This document shows, in pieces, positions 28,401-37,287 of a DNA stretch of 64,000 nucleotides. The stretch's first letter is position 1; each line of letters starts with the position of its first letter. Both the position numbers and the translations under genes were made by a program. The DNA is from a virus, in IMG/VR virus record IMGVR_UViG_3300009314_000007, positions 32,001-96,000 of that record. One strand, given 5' to 3'. The notes beneath the pieces are model-generated. The model was not told the DNA's origin, did no database searches, and worked only from the letters and a program-made list of their open reading frames with translations.

Positions 28401-28914
28401 TGGTCGTTTTCGTCGTTTCCCGGTTGCCCGAGAATGGGTAGTCCAGGGCGACTTCGAGCGACAGGCGATGAACTTCCCGATGCAGAACATGGTGGCAGAT
28501 GTAATGAGCAGGGTTGTGGATCACCTGTATCATTATCGAGAAGAATACCCGGACGTGACCTATCGCATGGTGGCGCAGATTCACGACGCGGTGTTGTTGG
28601 AGGTTCCGTACGCGCATGTGTCGCGTGTGATCGACGAAGTGATTCCCGAGTGCATGGTCAATCGCGTACCGATCTACCCGTGTACGCTGGACGGAATGCC
28701 GACAGGTAAGGGCCCCTACTATTTCGGTGCGGACATCGACCCGTATCATCGGTGGGGGCAGGATATGGCTCCGGATGAGTGCATGAAAATTGGACTCGAT
28801 CCGAAGTACGCGCACTGGACGCAGACCGCGAATGGTTATCTGCATCCAGAGAAGAAAGACAAGATTTGGGTTGGGGACATCCATGGAGGAGAACTTGTGT
28901 CTCTGGCGCCCTAA
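25465..28914 (+). CDS. polA: Family A DNA polymerase with N-terminal family-4 UDG-like domain and 3'-5' exonuclease
   Basis: UDG-like YVTNLMK, ILCLGA, ITHPAA; exo GIDAE, YGIYDAD; pol ETGRWAS..PPLQN, EADITGAEL, RLVAKSVIFGIAYG, QIHDA. Confidence 0.93.
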   Translation: MTKERRKLIRKGGPGLAAKTKEPVTTNVIGEADKKPKKKAVLAKRRDQPAPTRSRQPAGNLFPLNAPGMPLPGPDLLEYAAALGGTHEIVGKSRSARLTQAGQTLPALFRKILYSFGDIAVPFKHKGKRHDLSVVSGHVWGDPFGECRGPRQADVMVIAKMLGDEENNQGRNMIGNSGQLFLETCRELGLPRISRWYVTNLMKTLHPEADSGGTRLTAAMIKEWLPFLHQEIRIVQPKYILCLGADASAGLLEYEGGFKRKDKFRASISNMQGRIVEWEYPISRKDEGKIQYKQALVMSITHPAAVLHAPEQEDVYVNGVARFGQMIKGMRWDKEEEGLDHRTITSLVELKELYHEIRADCEDNLLGIDAEWHGDHPQNKGSYLRTIQISWKHKAAVCIRLRAPGGAWAFAGCGRKTVAKWVKRICKGRRLAGHFFSADLEWLIDFGIDLREEFMVPDTWTEYMKRWRRKKGCGFDTGLAAHGIAETDDFSLTSLTLRHTTAPRYDVALVKWVADYCNEHKLKKEELEGYGECPDDVLIPYGIYDADVTRRIAVKFARRLFKDRFNNNCWEAFWMSMRAQPAALEMNMSGVQIDRERLDRLTETYMSAKAKLENTVRTWARWPDMNLNSVFHIREFLYGERYNGHEHPEGTPPIRKRPADGRSLKLNPILTTDKRPMRWSEVVQKGLEDQKTPSTDKMCLAILAQDNQAVRKWHPTKLDYRTYDFSKQVTWVRDYRFISQVLKSMLRTPKIEKLPDKTEAFLKKDDYYVYPGGLPAAVCDDSRVRTHFYQTKETGRWASARPPLQNLTKRREVDYKRILGPDYKWALRTIITARPGHLLLEADITGAELAGMAIMSGDKRMIEHAQRNVLAEDDPNYYDIHSHVAVLAFRLDCEPTKGGLELIGMKHMRLVAKSVIFGIAYGRGAKAIALAAKEEGVNITVEEAQRVIDTIFRMYPRLVPFFEACRARSRDPRWICGCLGRFRRFPVAREWVVQGDFERQAMNFPMQNMVADVMSRVVDHLYHYREEYPDVTYRMVAQIHDAVLLEVPYAHVSRVIDEVIPECMVNRVPIYPCTLDGMPTGKGPYYFGADIDPYHRWGQDMAPDECMKIGLDPKYAHWTQTANGYLHPEKKDKIWVGDIHGGELVSLAP
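25538..25553. repeat. Dispersed 16-bp palindrome copy 3 (CCACTAACGTTATTGG)
   Basis: Inside the 5' end of the polymerase gene. Confidence 0.9.
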
Positions 28915-28934
28915 TCTCTCAACATCTTGTACCG

Positions 28935-28962
28935 TTGACTTCCCGGTGTGCAGTAGTACACT
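28935..28962 (+). promoter_or_regulatory. Sigma70-like promoter
   Basis: TTGACT-16 nt-TACACT in the intergenic gap. Confidence 0.5.
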
Positions 28963-29015
28963 GGGGATGGTCGGTAAACCTGATTTTGTTTCAACCCATT
29001 GGAGGTCTGTTTATT

Positions 29016-31004
29016 GTGAGTAAGAAGAAAACGACGAAGAAGAAAGTAGCCAAGGCAGCCGTGAAGACGCGAGTGCCCGGGGCTCCCAAGGCAAGGAAGC
29101 GGACCAGGGACGCGCAGAAGGGCATGACGGCGCCGACGCTCGCCCCGCCGGACGACCGCACGCTGATGCGTGCAGGAGGGCGGTTGCCGCATGGTGGCAC
29201 GGTGCCGGAGGTGCAACTGTTGCGGCCCTCCTGGAAGGATGGGCACATGATCGTGCGGCCCTTGCCGACGTGGAATCCCATGAAGCCCGGCGAGGAGCTG
29301 GACCCGATTCGGAAGAGCGCCGAGCCGAATGGTTTCCGCGATTGGATTCGGGAAGTCACGGCTGTGTCCTATTGGGGCTCGGACGACGATGCGGTCACCT
29401 TCCTGTTGTACGACAAGGAGAACAGCACGCCGGACGAGTGGAGGGTCAATCCGGCCGTCGTGTTGTTTAGGGCGGTCAACGCGATAGCGAATCCGCAGAA
29501 GCCCACTTCGCAGTCGAAGTACATCGCGAAGTGGGCGAAGCTGATTGTGGGCAGCAAGAGGCTCATCAGCCCGCCCACGTCGTTGCTGTTCATGGGTGGC
29601 CTGGTGTTCAAGCGGGGCAACGACGTGTACTTCGGCAAGGACGCCCTGCGCGTGCCGGTGGGTTTGGCAGACGACGACGCCCCGCCGATCATCCAGCTCA
29701 AGGGCTCGCCTCGTTTCAAGGGTTCCTTGGTGTATCGTGTCAAGGAGGCCCTCAACGCACTCAATCCCGAGTGGGAGGGGGACCTGAGCGACTGGGAGAA
29801 CTCGATGCTCCATGGCGACGTGGTGGCTCCGGAGCACGGGCGATTCCTGACCATTTACAACCCGAAGGCCGAGGGTTTTCTGGCGAAGTCCGACGGGGAC
29901 GACGACGATGACGACGGCGAATTCGGTGTGGGTGGTCAGGGTGATGGTTCGCGAGGCAAGAAGGACGACGCCGAGGATATTCAGGGCTACCAGGTTCGTG
30001 TGGACAGGCACCTCCACCGCAACGGCAAGCTGCTGAAGAAGACGGCGACACTGGAGGACTCGTCCAAGGGTCCGTTCTTGACCACGGCGAAGCGGCAGAT
30101 CGTTTTCCTGGACGATATTCTGTACTTCCCGAGTGTCGAGGAGCAGTGCTTGCTGATCGCCAGGGCCCTGCGGCATTATCGGGAGCTGGTCGAACTTGGT
30201 TGGCAGCGACACCCGGAGTTTCTCACCGACGAGGTGCGGGCGGTGTTGGCCGACGCTACGCAGGCTGCGGTTGGTGGGGACGTTCCGGAAGACGAGGAGG
30301 GCGACGACGAGGCGTTGGACGAAAGCCTGACTCCGGGTAGCCGCGAGCGCCGACGTTCTGCCGGGGTCCCCGCGGCTGAAGTCGAAGAGGCCGAAGCCGA
30401 GGAGGGCGACGACGAGTACGAGACGGTCGAAGAGATCGACGCCGAGGGCGAAGACGAGGCCGAAGTCGCCGAGGGTGAGGAGGGCGACGAGCTTGAAGAG
30501 GACGAAGAGTACGAGGTGGTGGAAGTCGAGGAGGAGGTCGAAGTCGCCGAGGGTGAGGAGGGCGACGACGAGGAGGGCGAGGAGGCTGAAGCCGAAGACG
30601 AGGAGGTCGAAGCCGAGGCTGAGGAAGGCGACGACGAGTACGAGTTCGAGGAGGTCGAAGTCGATGAGGAGGACGAGGCTGCGGAGGAGGGAGAGGACGC
30701 TTCCGACGAATACGAGGACCCCTCTGATGTAGACGACGAGGAGTACGAGGAGGTGTCGGAAGAGGAGCCCGAAGCGGAGGCTGAGGAGCCCGATCCGGAC
30801 GAAGAGAACTTCCAGGAGCTTGCTGAGCAGGCGGAAGCGAGATCGGCTGCTCGTAAGGCCCCGGCGGCGAAGAAAAAGGGCGCGCCGAAGAAGAAGAAGG
30901 CCGCATCGAAGGCCACATCGGAGGCCGCACCGAAAAAGAAGGTGGTCAAGAAGAAGGTGGTCAAGAAGGCTCCTCCGAGCCGCAAGAAGAAGAAGAGCAG
31001 CTAG
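29016..31004 (+). CDS. Putative ssDNA-binding protein with long acidic region and histone H1-like Lys-rich ends
   Basis: GGAGG SD, GTG start; IVRPLP recalls gp32-type SSBs; between pol and RecA; about 190-aa Glu/Asp tract; KKKVVKKKVVKK tail. Confidence 0.55.
   Translation: MSKKKTTKKKVAKAAVKTRVPGAPKARKRTRDAQKGMTAPTLAPPDDRTLMRAGGRLPHGGTVPEVQLLRPSWKDGHMIVRPLPTWNPMKPGEELDPIRKSAEPNGFRDWIREVTAVSYWGSDDDAVTFLLYDKENSTPDEWRVNPAVVLFRAVNAIANPQKPTSQSKYIAKWAKLIVGSKRLISPPTSLLFMGGLVFKRGNDVYFGKDALRVPVGLADDDAPPIIQLKGSPRFKGSLVYRVKEALNALNPEWEGDLSDWENSMLHGDVVAPEHGRFLTIYNPKAEGFLAKSDGDDDDDDGEFGVGGQGDGSRGKKDDAEDIQGYQVRVDRHLHRNGKLLKKTATLEDSSKGPFLTTAKRQIVFLDDILYFPSVEEQCLLIARALRHYRELVELGWQRHPEFLTDEVRAVLADATQAAVGGDVPEDEEGDDEALDESLTPGSRERRRSAGVPAAEVEEAEAEEGDDEYETVEEIDAEGEDEAEVAEGEEGDELEEDEEYEVVEVEEEVEVAEGEEGDDEEGEEAEAEDEEVEAEAEEGDDEYEFEEVEVDEEDEAAEEGEDASDEYEDPSDVDDEEYEEVSEEEPEAEAEEPDPDEENFQELAEQAEARSAARKAPAAKKKGAPKKKKAASKATSEAAPKKKVVKKKVVKKAPPSRKKKKSS
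30461..30567 (+). repeat. Acidic-tract DNA repeat copy A
   Basis: Shares 40-nt and 43-nt identical blocks with 50279-50379. Confidence 0.85.
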
Positions 31005-31050
31005 AGGAAGCGCAGCTAGAGTTACTATCCCGCTTGGTTGTCCGCTCCAC

Positions 31051-31089
31051 GCCCGCCCCGGTCACACGGGGCGGGCTGGGGTCTTTTCC
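31051..31089 (+). terminator. Terminator-like hairpin before RecA-like gene
   Basis: GCCCGCCCCG/CGGGGCGGGC 10-bp stem followed by TGGGGTCTTTT. Confidence 0.55.
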
Positions 31090-31100
31090 AGGAGATGCAC

Positions 31101-32546
31101 ATGGCTAAAGCTAGAGAAGCGCCGAAGGCACGACCTCGACGCGAACCCGCGGCCGATTCCCCCGGGGAGGCACCACGGCCCCCGGCCGCTGTGAAGAAGA
31201 AGGTGGTGAAGAAGAAGGTGGTTCGTAAGGTTGCCAAGAAAAAGAAGAGAAAGACCAAGGCCCAGGTGTTCAAGGAGGCCTGGCAGCCCGAGCGGGTTGA
31301 GCAAAGCGCTGGCGCCTACGTCGATGCGATCATGGATCGGCTACAGAAGGAGAAGGGCGACCCGGACATCGTGATGGTCGGTAGCGACGACACCGTGGAC
31401 GTGGGCATTCCATTTCCCTCGTTCTGTCTGGAGTATCTGTTTGGCATATCCGTGTATCCTTTGGGGCGCATAGTGATGGTGGTAGGTCCCGAGGCGTCCT
31501 TGAAGAGCGGGTTCGTGTTCGAGATCACGAGGTGGTTCAAGGAAAGTTCTGGGCACGCCTTTACACTGGAACACGAGTCCAAGTTCTCGAAGACGCACGC
31601 GCAGTCCATTATTGGGCACGAGTACAAGCGAGCTACCGGTCTCGTGTGGTGCGACTCCATTGATGACTGGCAAGACAACATGCAGGCGATCTTTTCCGAC
31701 ATCAAGCTCAAGATGATCGGGACCAAGACCAATAGGGGTTCAGGTATGGTCTTCCCGGTTCACATGACCGTGGACTCGATCATGGGCAAGTCCCTGAGGG
31801 AGTCGCAGGATCGAATTGAGAAGAAAGGGCACGCTGGGCGGGATCACCCTGTTGAGGCTCAGAGCATCACCAAGTTCATGCGAAAGATCCCGCAAGATAT
31901 TCGTCGGTGGCCTTTCGCGATCACCATGGTGAATCATCTCAAGGCGAAAAAGACTGAGCAGGGTTTTCTGATTCGCGACAAGGCAGGTGGTAAGGGTCTG
32001 GATTTCCAGGAGACCTTCGAGATCGAGATGGCAAGGGTCACGCGGTCGAAGCTGAAGGACTACGAGGTGCTCCGTTTGCGGATGAGGTGTGCCAAGAGTA
32101 GCCTGGGTATCGACCAGCGGAGCATTCTTGCGGACGTGCTATTCTGGGACGAGCCGGAGGACGCGGAGAATCCGGAGGGATCTTGGCACCAGAAAACAGT
32201 GTTCAATTGGCATGGGGCCACTATTGACTTGTTGCTGGGGATGGAGGGCCCGGAGCGCAAGCGGTGGTCGGGAGACAGAGAAGTGGATGATCCAGGTGTG
32301 CTTGATTTGCACAGGCACGATCTAGGCAACAAGGGCAAGGGTGTCTGGTCCAGGACACTGGGGATTCCCGAGACAGACCCGGTTCCGTTCGCAGAAGCGG
32401 GGGCGATCCTGTCCGACAATGTTGAGGTGATGACGGCTCTTCGGCATCGCTTTGGCATCAAGATCTTCCGCGAGTTTGAGCCGGGCACGGACTATCGTGA
32501 AACGCGGGGTACCACCAAGAAGAAAATCCGGGAGAAGCTGCGATGA
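31101..32546 (+). CDS. recA: RecA/UvsX-like recombinase with Lys-rich N-terminus
   Basis: PLGRIVMVVGPEASLKS (variant Walker A), LEHE, TVDSI, MVNHLK, AGGKGLDF. Confidence 0.85.
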   Translation: MAKAREAPKARPRREPAADSPGEAPRPPAAVKKKVVKKKVVRKVAKKKKRKTKAQVFKEAWQPERVEQSAGAYVDAIMDRLQKEKGDPDIVMVGSDDTVDVGIPFPSFCLEYLFGISVYPLGRIVMVVGPEASLKSGFVFEITRWFKESSGHAFTLEHESKFSKTHAQSIIGHEYKRATGLVWCDSIDDWQDNMQAIFSDIKLKMIGTKTNRGSGMVFPVHMTVDSIMGKSLRESQDRIEKKGHAGRDHPVEAQSITKFMRKIPQDIRRWPFAITMVNHLKAKKTEQGFLIRDKAGGKGLDFQETFEIEMARVTRSKLKDYEVLRLRMRCAKSSLGIDQRSILADVLFWDEPEDAENPEGSWHQKTVFNWHGATIDLLLGMEGPERKRWSGDREVDDPGVLDLHRHDLGNKGKGVWSRTLGIPETDPVPFAEAGAILSDNVEVMTALRHRFGIKIFREFEPGTDYRETRGTTKKKIREKLR

Positions 32547-33148
32547 CCACTCAACCTCCGTTTAGTGAGGATGACGTGCTGGGCTCCGTGGATTACACCG
32601 CGAAGGATGCCCAGAAGTACGAGGACACGGTAGTCGCACACCTGTGCAGCCGTTATGGGCTGGGGCCGGGTGTGCGGCAGAGATTGCGGCAGCGGGGCGA
32701 CGGTGTCCTCAGGCTGCGGATGTTCCATGACGAGTTCCCCACGTTCCCGATGATCCTGGCCGCACATCGCTGGCGAAAGGTTCATCTGGGATGTCGAGTG
32801 GTAGACCTGTTTAGCAATTTCCCGACTCGTAAGTTCGTGGAGGAGTGGCGGCGGGCGTGCCTGGCGCATGGGGGCGGGATTGACGGCCACTTCGGATTAG
32901 TGTTTCATTGGCCTTATCTGCGGGGACAATTGTTACCCAGTGAGGACGGGGGGAGGGCCAAGCGGGAGCCCGGTGGCGGTGTTGGGCTGGTTCTTCGCAA
33001 AGGGGCTCCCAACCGGCACGTTCCCGGGGTTCGTGTGGTTTGTATTTCGCCTGGTAACAGCAGCGAGCAGTTCGTGCTGGAGCCACTCTCCGTGCTGCTC
33101 AATGAAATCGACTTCGATTGTGGTGGGATGTGGTGCCCGAATGTCTGA
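32543..33148 (+). CDS. Hypothetical protein
   Basis: ATGA-coupled to recA, 201 aa. Confidence 0.65.
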   Translation: MTTQPPFSEDDVLGSVDYTAKDAQKYEDTVVAHLCSRYGLGPGVRQRLRQRGDGVLRLRMFHDEFPTFPMILAAHRWRKVHLGCRVVDLFSNFPTRKFVEEWRRACLAHGGGIDGHFGLVFHWPYLRGQLLPSEDGGRAKREPGGGVGLVLRKGAPNRHVPGVRVVCISPGNSSEQFVLEPLSVLLNEIDFDCGGMWCPNV

Positions 33149-33590
33149 GAAGCGTAAATGGTTCAATTCTTCCCCTCCGAGTCACATGGAGGAGGTTGTC
33201 CTGCACAGCGCCGCGGGCGTCTCCGCTACTGGTTGTCGGGAGTTCCTGGTTCTCTGCGAGCACTTGTTCGAGCGGAAACGGATTTCCGACAAGACCCACC
33301 GGTTACTCACGTCGTTGGGGCGACAGCAGCCAGCTCGGAGGCTTGCTCGTAATCTCTCGACGGTGTTGCAGAGACTGGCGGACGGTGCTACAGGTTCCGT
33401 GATTCCAGAGGGGATCACAGATCGGGAACTCAAAGCACTGGTGGAGCTTCAGCGGGTGAATGTGAGTTGGGAGATGCGGGCTGTCGCGCAGGGCCTGCTC
33501 AACTTGCACGAGCGGCAGCAGCTTTTGCAAAGTGCGTCCGTCATGTTTCGAGAGGAACGTGCAAGACCATGGGATCTGGAAGATGAGTGA
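33141..33590 (+). CDS. Hypothetical protein
   Basis: 149 aa, overlapping coupling. Confidence 0.6.
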   Translation: MSEKRKWFNSSPPSHMEEVVLHSAAGVSATGCREFLVLCEHLFERKRISDKTHRLLTSLGRQQPARRLARNLSTVLQRLADGATGSVIPEGITDRELKALVELQRVNVSWEMRAVAQGLLNLHERQQLLQSASVMFREERARPWDLEDE

Positions 33591-34773
33591 AGCCGACGCT
33601 ATCATCGCCGTGCCGCCGAAGTGCTATCGTTTTTCCGAGCGAGAGGAGGGAAGGGACGCGGCCGAGTTGGAGCGTATCTTGCGAGCGCAGGACGCCACGG
33701 AGCCTGTGGAGATCAACAAGCCCAAGGATGCGATGCTAGACAGCACTGGGCGGGTGCAGCGGCGGTTTCGGTTCACCACGACGGGTCTTAGCCAGTTGTG
33801 CTCGGCGCTCGCGCCGGGGCTGGCTCAGCTTGCGAGTAACGTGGCGGGACTTCGCAGGAAGGACACCGAGACCGACGAGTGGAAGGTGTACGATCCAGCC
33901 CTGGCGATTCATCAGATTAACGATCTGATTCGGTTGCGATTCAAAGAGCGGCTAGAGGGTCATGGGCTCATAATGGATCGCAGAAGTCTCAGCGTCGAGG
34001 GGGTCGTGGGGCCTCGCTATAAGTTCCTGTCCAACCTGGAGCTGTTTGAGCAGGCCAGGGAATTCGCACGGGAGCAGGAATCCATGCCGCGGTTCTTCGA
34101 GGCGACCCTGGAGGGTCGCCGGGTGGTGATTCGGTATCGAGACGCCGAGAGGCTGTTCTCGCTACCCGCGGCTCAGCAGAAACGCGAGCCGTTTTATCGG
34201 GGGTGGCATTTCTCCAATTCCGAGATTGGCGATTGCTCGATACGGACGGGGATGCTGATTGTCCGGCAGTGGCGGCGAACCTCGTCGCTGCTGGACATCG
34301 GCCGGTTGGTGCATTTGAAGGGCGGGGAGTTTGGTCCAAAGATTGGGGAGTTATTCCAGAAACTTCGGGTACAGGCCAACGCCGAGGCGCAGGAGAACGA
34401 TTACGAGAGCCTGGCGGCGGATATGCAGGCAGAATCTCTGCAACTAGGCGGAGATCCTGTGGCACACGTGCGGCGAGCGCAGAGCCTGGTTGGGCGGCTG
34501 TCTCGGGGACGACTGTCGAAGATCGCAGCGAAGCGGGCGGTCAATCACGCTCTCGCAAACGGGAGTTATCGGGGCGACCGGGTTGAAGGGGGCCGCGTTC
34601 CGACGTACGATGCCCCTGATGAGGATCTCTTGGGTGTTTTTCGTCAGCGCAATGTGTACGATCTGTACAACGCGCTGACGACGATTGCTCGGGAGTCGCC
34701 TCCCGAGCAGCAAGAGGTGGCAGAAGAGCAAGCGTATCGTATACTTGTCCAACGTTTTCGATTACACAATTAG
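33583..34773 (+). CDS. DUF932-like protein
   Basis: VVGPRYKFLSNLELF, GWHFSNSEIGDCSI, NVYDLYNALT. Confidence 0.55.
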   Translation: MSEADAIIAVPPKCYRFSEREEGRDAAELERILRAQDATEPVEINKPKDAMLDSTGRVQRRFRFTTTGLSQLCSALAPGLAQLASNVAGLRRKDTETDEWKVYDPALAIHQINDLIRLRFKERLEGHGLIMDRRSLSVEGVVGPRYKFLSNLELFEQAREFAREQESMPRFFEATLEGRRVVIRYRDAERLFSLPAAQQKREPFYRGWHFSNSEIGDCSIRTGMLIVRQWRRTSSLLDIGRLVHLKGGEFGPKIGELFQKLRVQANAEAQENDYESLAADMQAESLQLGGDPVAHVRRAQSLVGRLSRGRLSKIAAKRAVNHALANGSYRGDRVEGGRVPTYDAPDEDLLGVFRQRNVYDLYNALTTIARESPPEQQEVAEEQAYRILVQRFRLHN

Positions 34774-34789
34774 GAAGGAAGAAACCCCA

Positions 34790-35764
34790 ATGGCGAAGTC
34801 AACAATCGCTTTGACCACGGAACAGAAGAAGCTGTTCCAGATGATGCCGAAGCCACTTCAGGCTATGGCTGCGAAGATGAAGAGGGCTACTGACGAGATT
34901 GTCAGCCACGAGGTGCTCGGCAAGTACGGGCTCGGCGAAGAGGTCCGGCGCGTGACCAACAACGAGCGCAAATACGGCGAGGCCGCGGTGCCCACACTGG
35001 CCGCGTTTTTGGGCGAGCACCCCAACGTGCTTTGGGATTGCCAGCGGTTCTGCAACGCTTACACTCGCACGGAAGTCGAGCGGATGATCAGGCGAGTGGG
35101 CGCAGGCGGCCAGCGGATCACTTTTGGGCACCTGAGAGTGCTTTCCGGGTTGGAGGGCACCGACGCCCTGAAAAAGCGGGTCAGGCTGGAAAAGGCCATT
35201 TTGGAGGAGGGGCTTTCGGTTCGCGCGTTGGAGAAGGCCGTCCAGGCGATACTCGGCTCGCGCACCACGAGTGCTACTCCAGGGCGCAACGTTCGCGTGG
35301 CCAAGGATGTGTTGTCGGGTCTTGCCGACATGACCACCAACACCAAGAAGCTCGTCAACCGAGTGCCGTCCTGGGAGAAGGGCGTGTTCGTCCGCGTGGC
35401 TGCGGGCGACGGCGTGACTAAGAAGACGGTTACGCAGCTCGAAGCGTCGAAGAAGGTCATGGACGATTCCATCGCGAAGCTCGAAGGTGTGTCCTCGCAA
35501 CTAGACAAGGCGATCTCCCAGGCAAAGAAGGAGCTTGCGAAGCCTAATCGACCCGCACCGGCCAAGAAGAAGACGGCTCCGAAGAAGAAGGTCGTGAAGA
35601 AGAAGGTCGTGAAGAAGGCGAAGAAGAAGACGACCAAGAAGAAGAAGGACCCGAAGAAGGCGGCCAAAAAGAAAGTCGTGAAGGCGAAGAAGAAGGTCAA
35701 GAAGAAGCGCACGAGCGCTACCGACCGGATTCAGGCCGCGAGGCGGAAGCGACGACCGGCGTGA
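34790..35764 (+). CDS. ParB/Spo0J-type (DUF1016_N-like) DNA-binding domain protein with coiled coil and H1-like tail
   Basis: KYGEAAVPTLA..L, ITFGHLRVLSGL...ILEEGLSVRALEKAV; no N-terminal ParB CTPase (GxRR) box; about 70-aa Lys-rich tail. Confidence 0.65.
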   Translation: MAKSTIALTTEQKKLFQMMPKPLQAMAAKMKRATDEIVSHEVLGKYGLGEEVRRVTNNERKYGEAAVPTLAAFLGEHPNVLWDCQRFCNAYTRTEVERMIRRVGAGGQRITFGHLRVLSGLEGTDALKKRVRLEKAILEEGLSVRALEKAVQAILGSRTTSATPGRNVRVAKDVLSGLADMTTNTKKLVNRVPSWEKGVFVRVAAGDGVTKKTVTQLEASKKVMDDSIAKLEGVSSQLDKAISQAKKELAKPNRPAPAKKKTAPKKKVVKKKVVKKAKKKTTKKKKDPKKAAKKKVVKAKKKVKKKRTSATDRIQAARRKRRPA

Positions 35765-35973
35765 CGTGTTGCGTTGGCCCCACCACGTGAGATCGCCCTG
35801 ATCGAAGTTGAGTGCTCTATTTGAGACTGCTTCGATCCCGACCTGGCACTCCAGTGGGGACCCCTTTAGGCAGAAAGGCTCGCAGGGTTTGCGGCGGGTC
35901 TGGGTGTGGACGGAAAATGCCGAATCTACCAGGGACGCTGGCCCGGCTAGGTGTATTAAGCCCGATCTTACCA

Positions 35974-36798
35974 ATGGCGAAATCCACACAACGCATCACG
36001 ATTTCCGCTCTCTTCTACGGGGATTACCCGCAGCTTGCCGAACGCTGTCTTGGCACGCTTGCGGGTTCTCTCCTGGAGGGGGAGGACTACCTTCAGGACA
36101 TTCGGCTGATTCTGAACGACTGTTGTCCCGAGACGTACTGCTTCGCGACAGACTGGGCCACACGAGTGCAGGATCTGCATGGGGTGCCAGTTATTCGCTA
36201 CGTTACGGAGGAAAACCAGTGTAAGTATCCGCTCATGCGGAGAATCTGGTGGGACGATCCCCAGAAGCCCGCTTCCTTGCTGATGTGGTTCGACGACGAT
36301 AGTTTCCTGGATCATCCCAAGCCGGGGTGGTACGCGGACATTGTCGATCAGATACAGGGTTGCGACATGCTGGGGCAGATCTGGCATCAGCCCATGCTGG
36401 GGAATCAATGGGCTTTCATTGTCCAGCAGCCGTGGTACAATGCCCGGGCAGGTCAGCCGCCCAGGTACAAGGGCCGTCGTTGCTTTCGTTTTTGCCAGGG
36501 CTCATGGTGGGTGGCTCGTCGCGATGTTCTCCACCGGTACGATTGGCCCACCAAGGCCCTGAAGCACAATGGTGGGGATTCGCTATTTGGCGAGCTGTGT
36601 AGACAGCAGGGATTGCGACTGCGGCACTACGACCGGGGTGTGCGTCTCAACGCGGACGAGAAGGGGAGGCACTCCAAGTCACTGCGGCGAGGTCGCAGTG
36701 AACCTAATTTGGGGCGGCACTACAAACCGCAGGTGGCTCTGGATTTGAGTCACCATAACTTTAACTTGGCTAGGATGGCCGTTCCGGAAGGCTACTAG
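35974..36798 (+). CDS. Glycosyltransferase (GT-A/GT2-like)
   Basis: LILNDC, EENQCK, LLMWFDDDS (DxD), GSWW..R, GGDSLFG. Confidence 0.7.
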   Translation: MAKSTQRITISALFYGDYPQLAERCLGTLAGSLLEGEDYLQDIRLILNDCCPETYCFATDWATRVQDLHGVPVIRYVTEENQCKYPLMRRIWWDDPQKPASLLMWFDDDSFLDHPKPGWYADIVDQIQGCDMLGQIWHQPMLGNQWAFIVQQPWYNARAGQPPRYKGRRCFRFCQGSWWVARRDVLHRYDWPTKALKHNGGDSLFGELCRQQGLRLRHYDRGVRLNADEKGRHSKSLRRGRSEPNLGRHYKPQVALDLSHHNFNLARMAVPEGY

Positions 36799-36800
36799 CC

Positions 36801-37286
36801 ATGCTCCGACCAGGTTTTCGTATTCAGGTAGAACGATTCGATATTTCTGCGCAGTTCCGGCAGGTTGGCAGAGCGCCAGTAGCTGGGTCCGAGGAGCAGA
36901 TTGGAGTCGTTGTCAAAAAAGATCTGGGCAATCCCAGTGGCCAGCGCGTGCGAGTTCGTCACGCGGCCCACACCACGGGCGATCACTGGCTGGTGTTGCA
37001 GGAGAAGCTGCCACCGGAGAATCCGGCCGACATGCGGTGGAGTCTAAGCAAGACCGACCCGCAGGTTTTTGTGCCGATGTTCGCCTATCTACTCCCGGAC
37101 CCAGATCCACTGGTACTCGTTCACTTTGGAGCCCAGACGGGGGCTCTCGCCGTGGCTTTGCTTCCAGGGAGTCAGCGGATCAAAAAGATGTTTCTTGCCA
37201 TTGGTAATGTTTTGCAGCGTCCGGATGGCCAGCCCGGGTATCAGACCTGGGTTGGCTTTGCCGCGGTCGCCGAGAAAGGAGCCTAA
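36801..37286 (+). CDS. Hypothetical protein
   Basis: 161 aa. Confidence 0.6.
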   Translation: MLRPGFRIQVERFDISAQFRQVGRAPVAGSEEQIGVVVKKDLGNPSGQRVRVRHAAHTTGDHWLVLQEKLPPENPADMRWSLSKTDPQVFVPMFAYLLPDPDPLVLVHFGAQTGALAVALLPGSQRIKKMFLAIGNVLQRPDGQPGYQTWVGFAAVAEKGA

Positions 37287-37287
37287 G

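Noticed and set aside
27142-28884. Long minus-strand ORFs (also 28911-30212, 52353-54140, 5416-6534, 49461-50534, 57308-58246)
   Set aside because: Antisense shadows of well-supported plus-strand genes, expected at high GC
25465-28914. Intein or intron in the large polymerase
   Set aside because: Length explained by UDG, exonuclease and polymerase domains; no intein splice or LAGLIDADG motifs seen
35940-35954. GGC-CC-GGC-TA-GGT-GT five-base periodic run as a possible RAMP guide
   Set aside because: Only three units, easily chance at this GC and 15 kb from the RAMP gene
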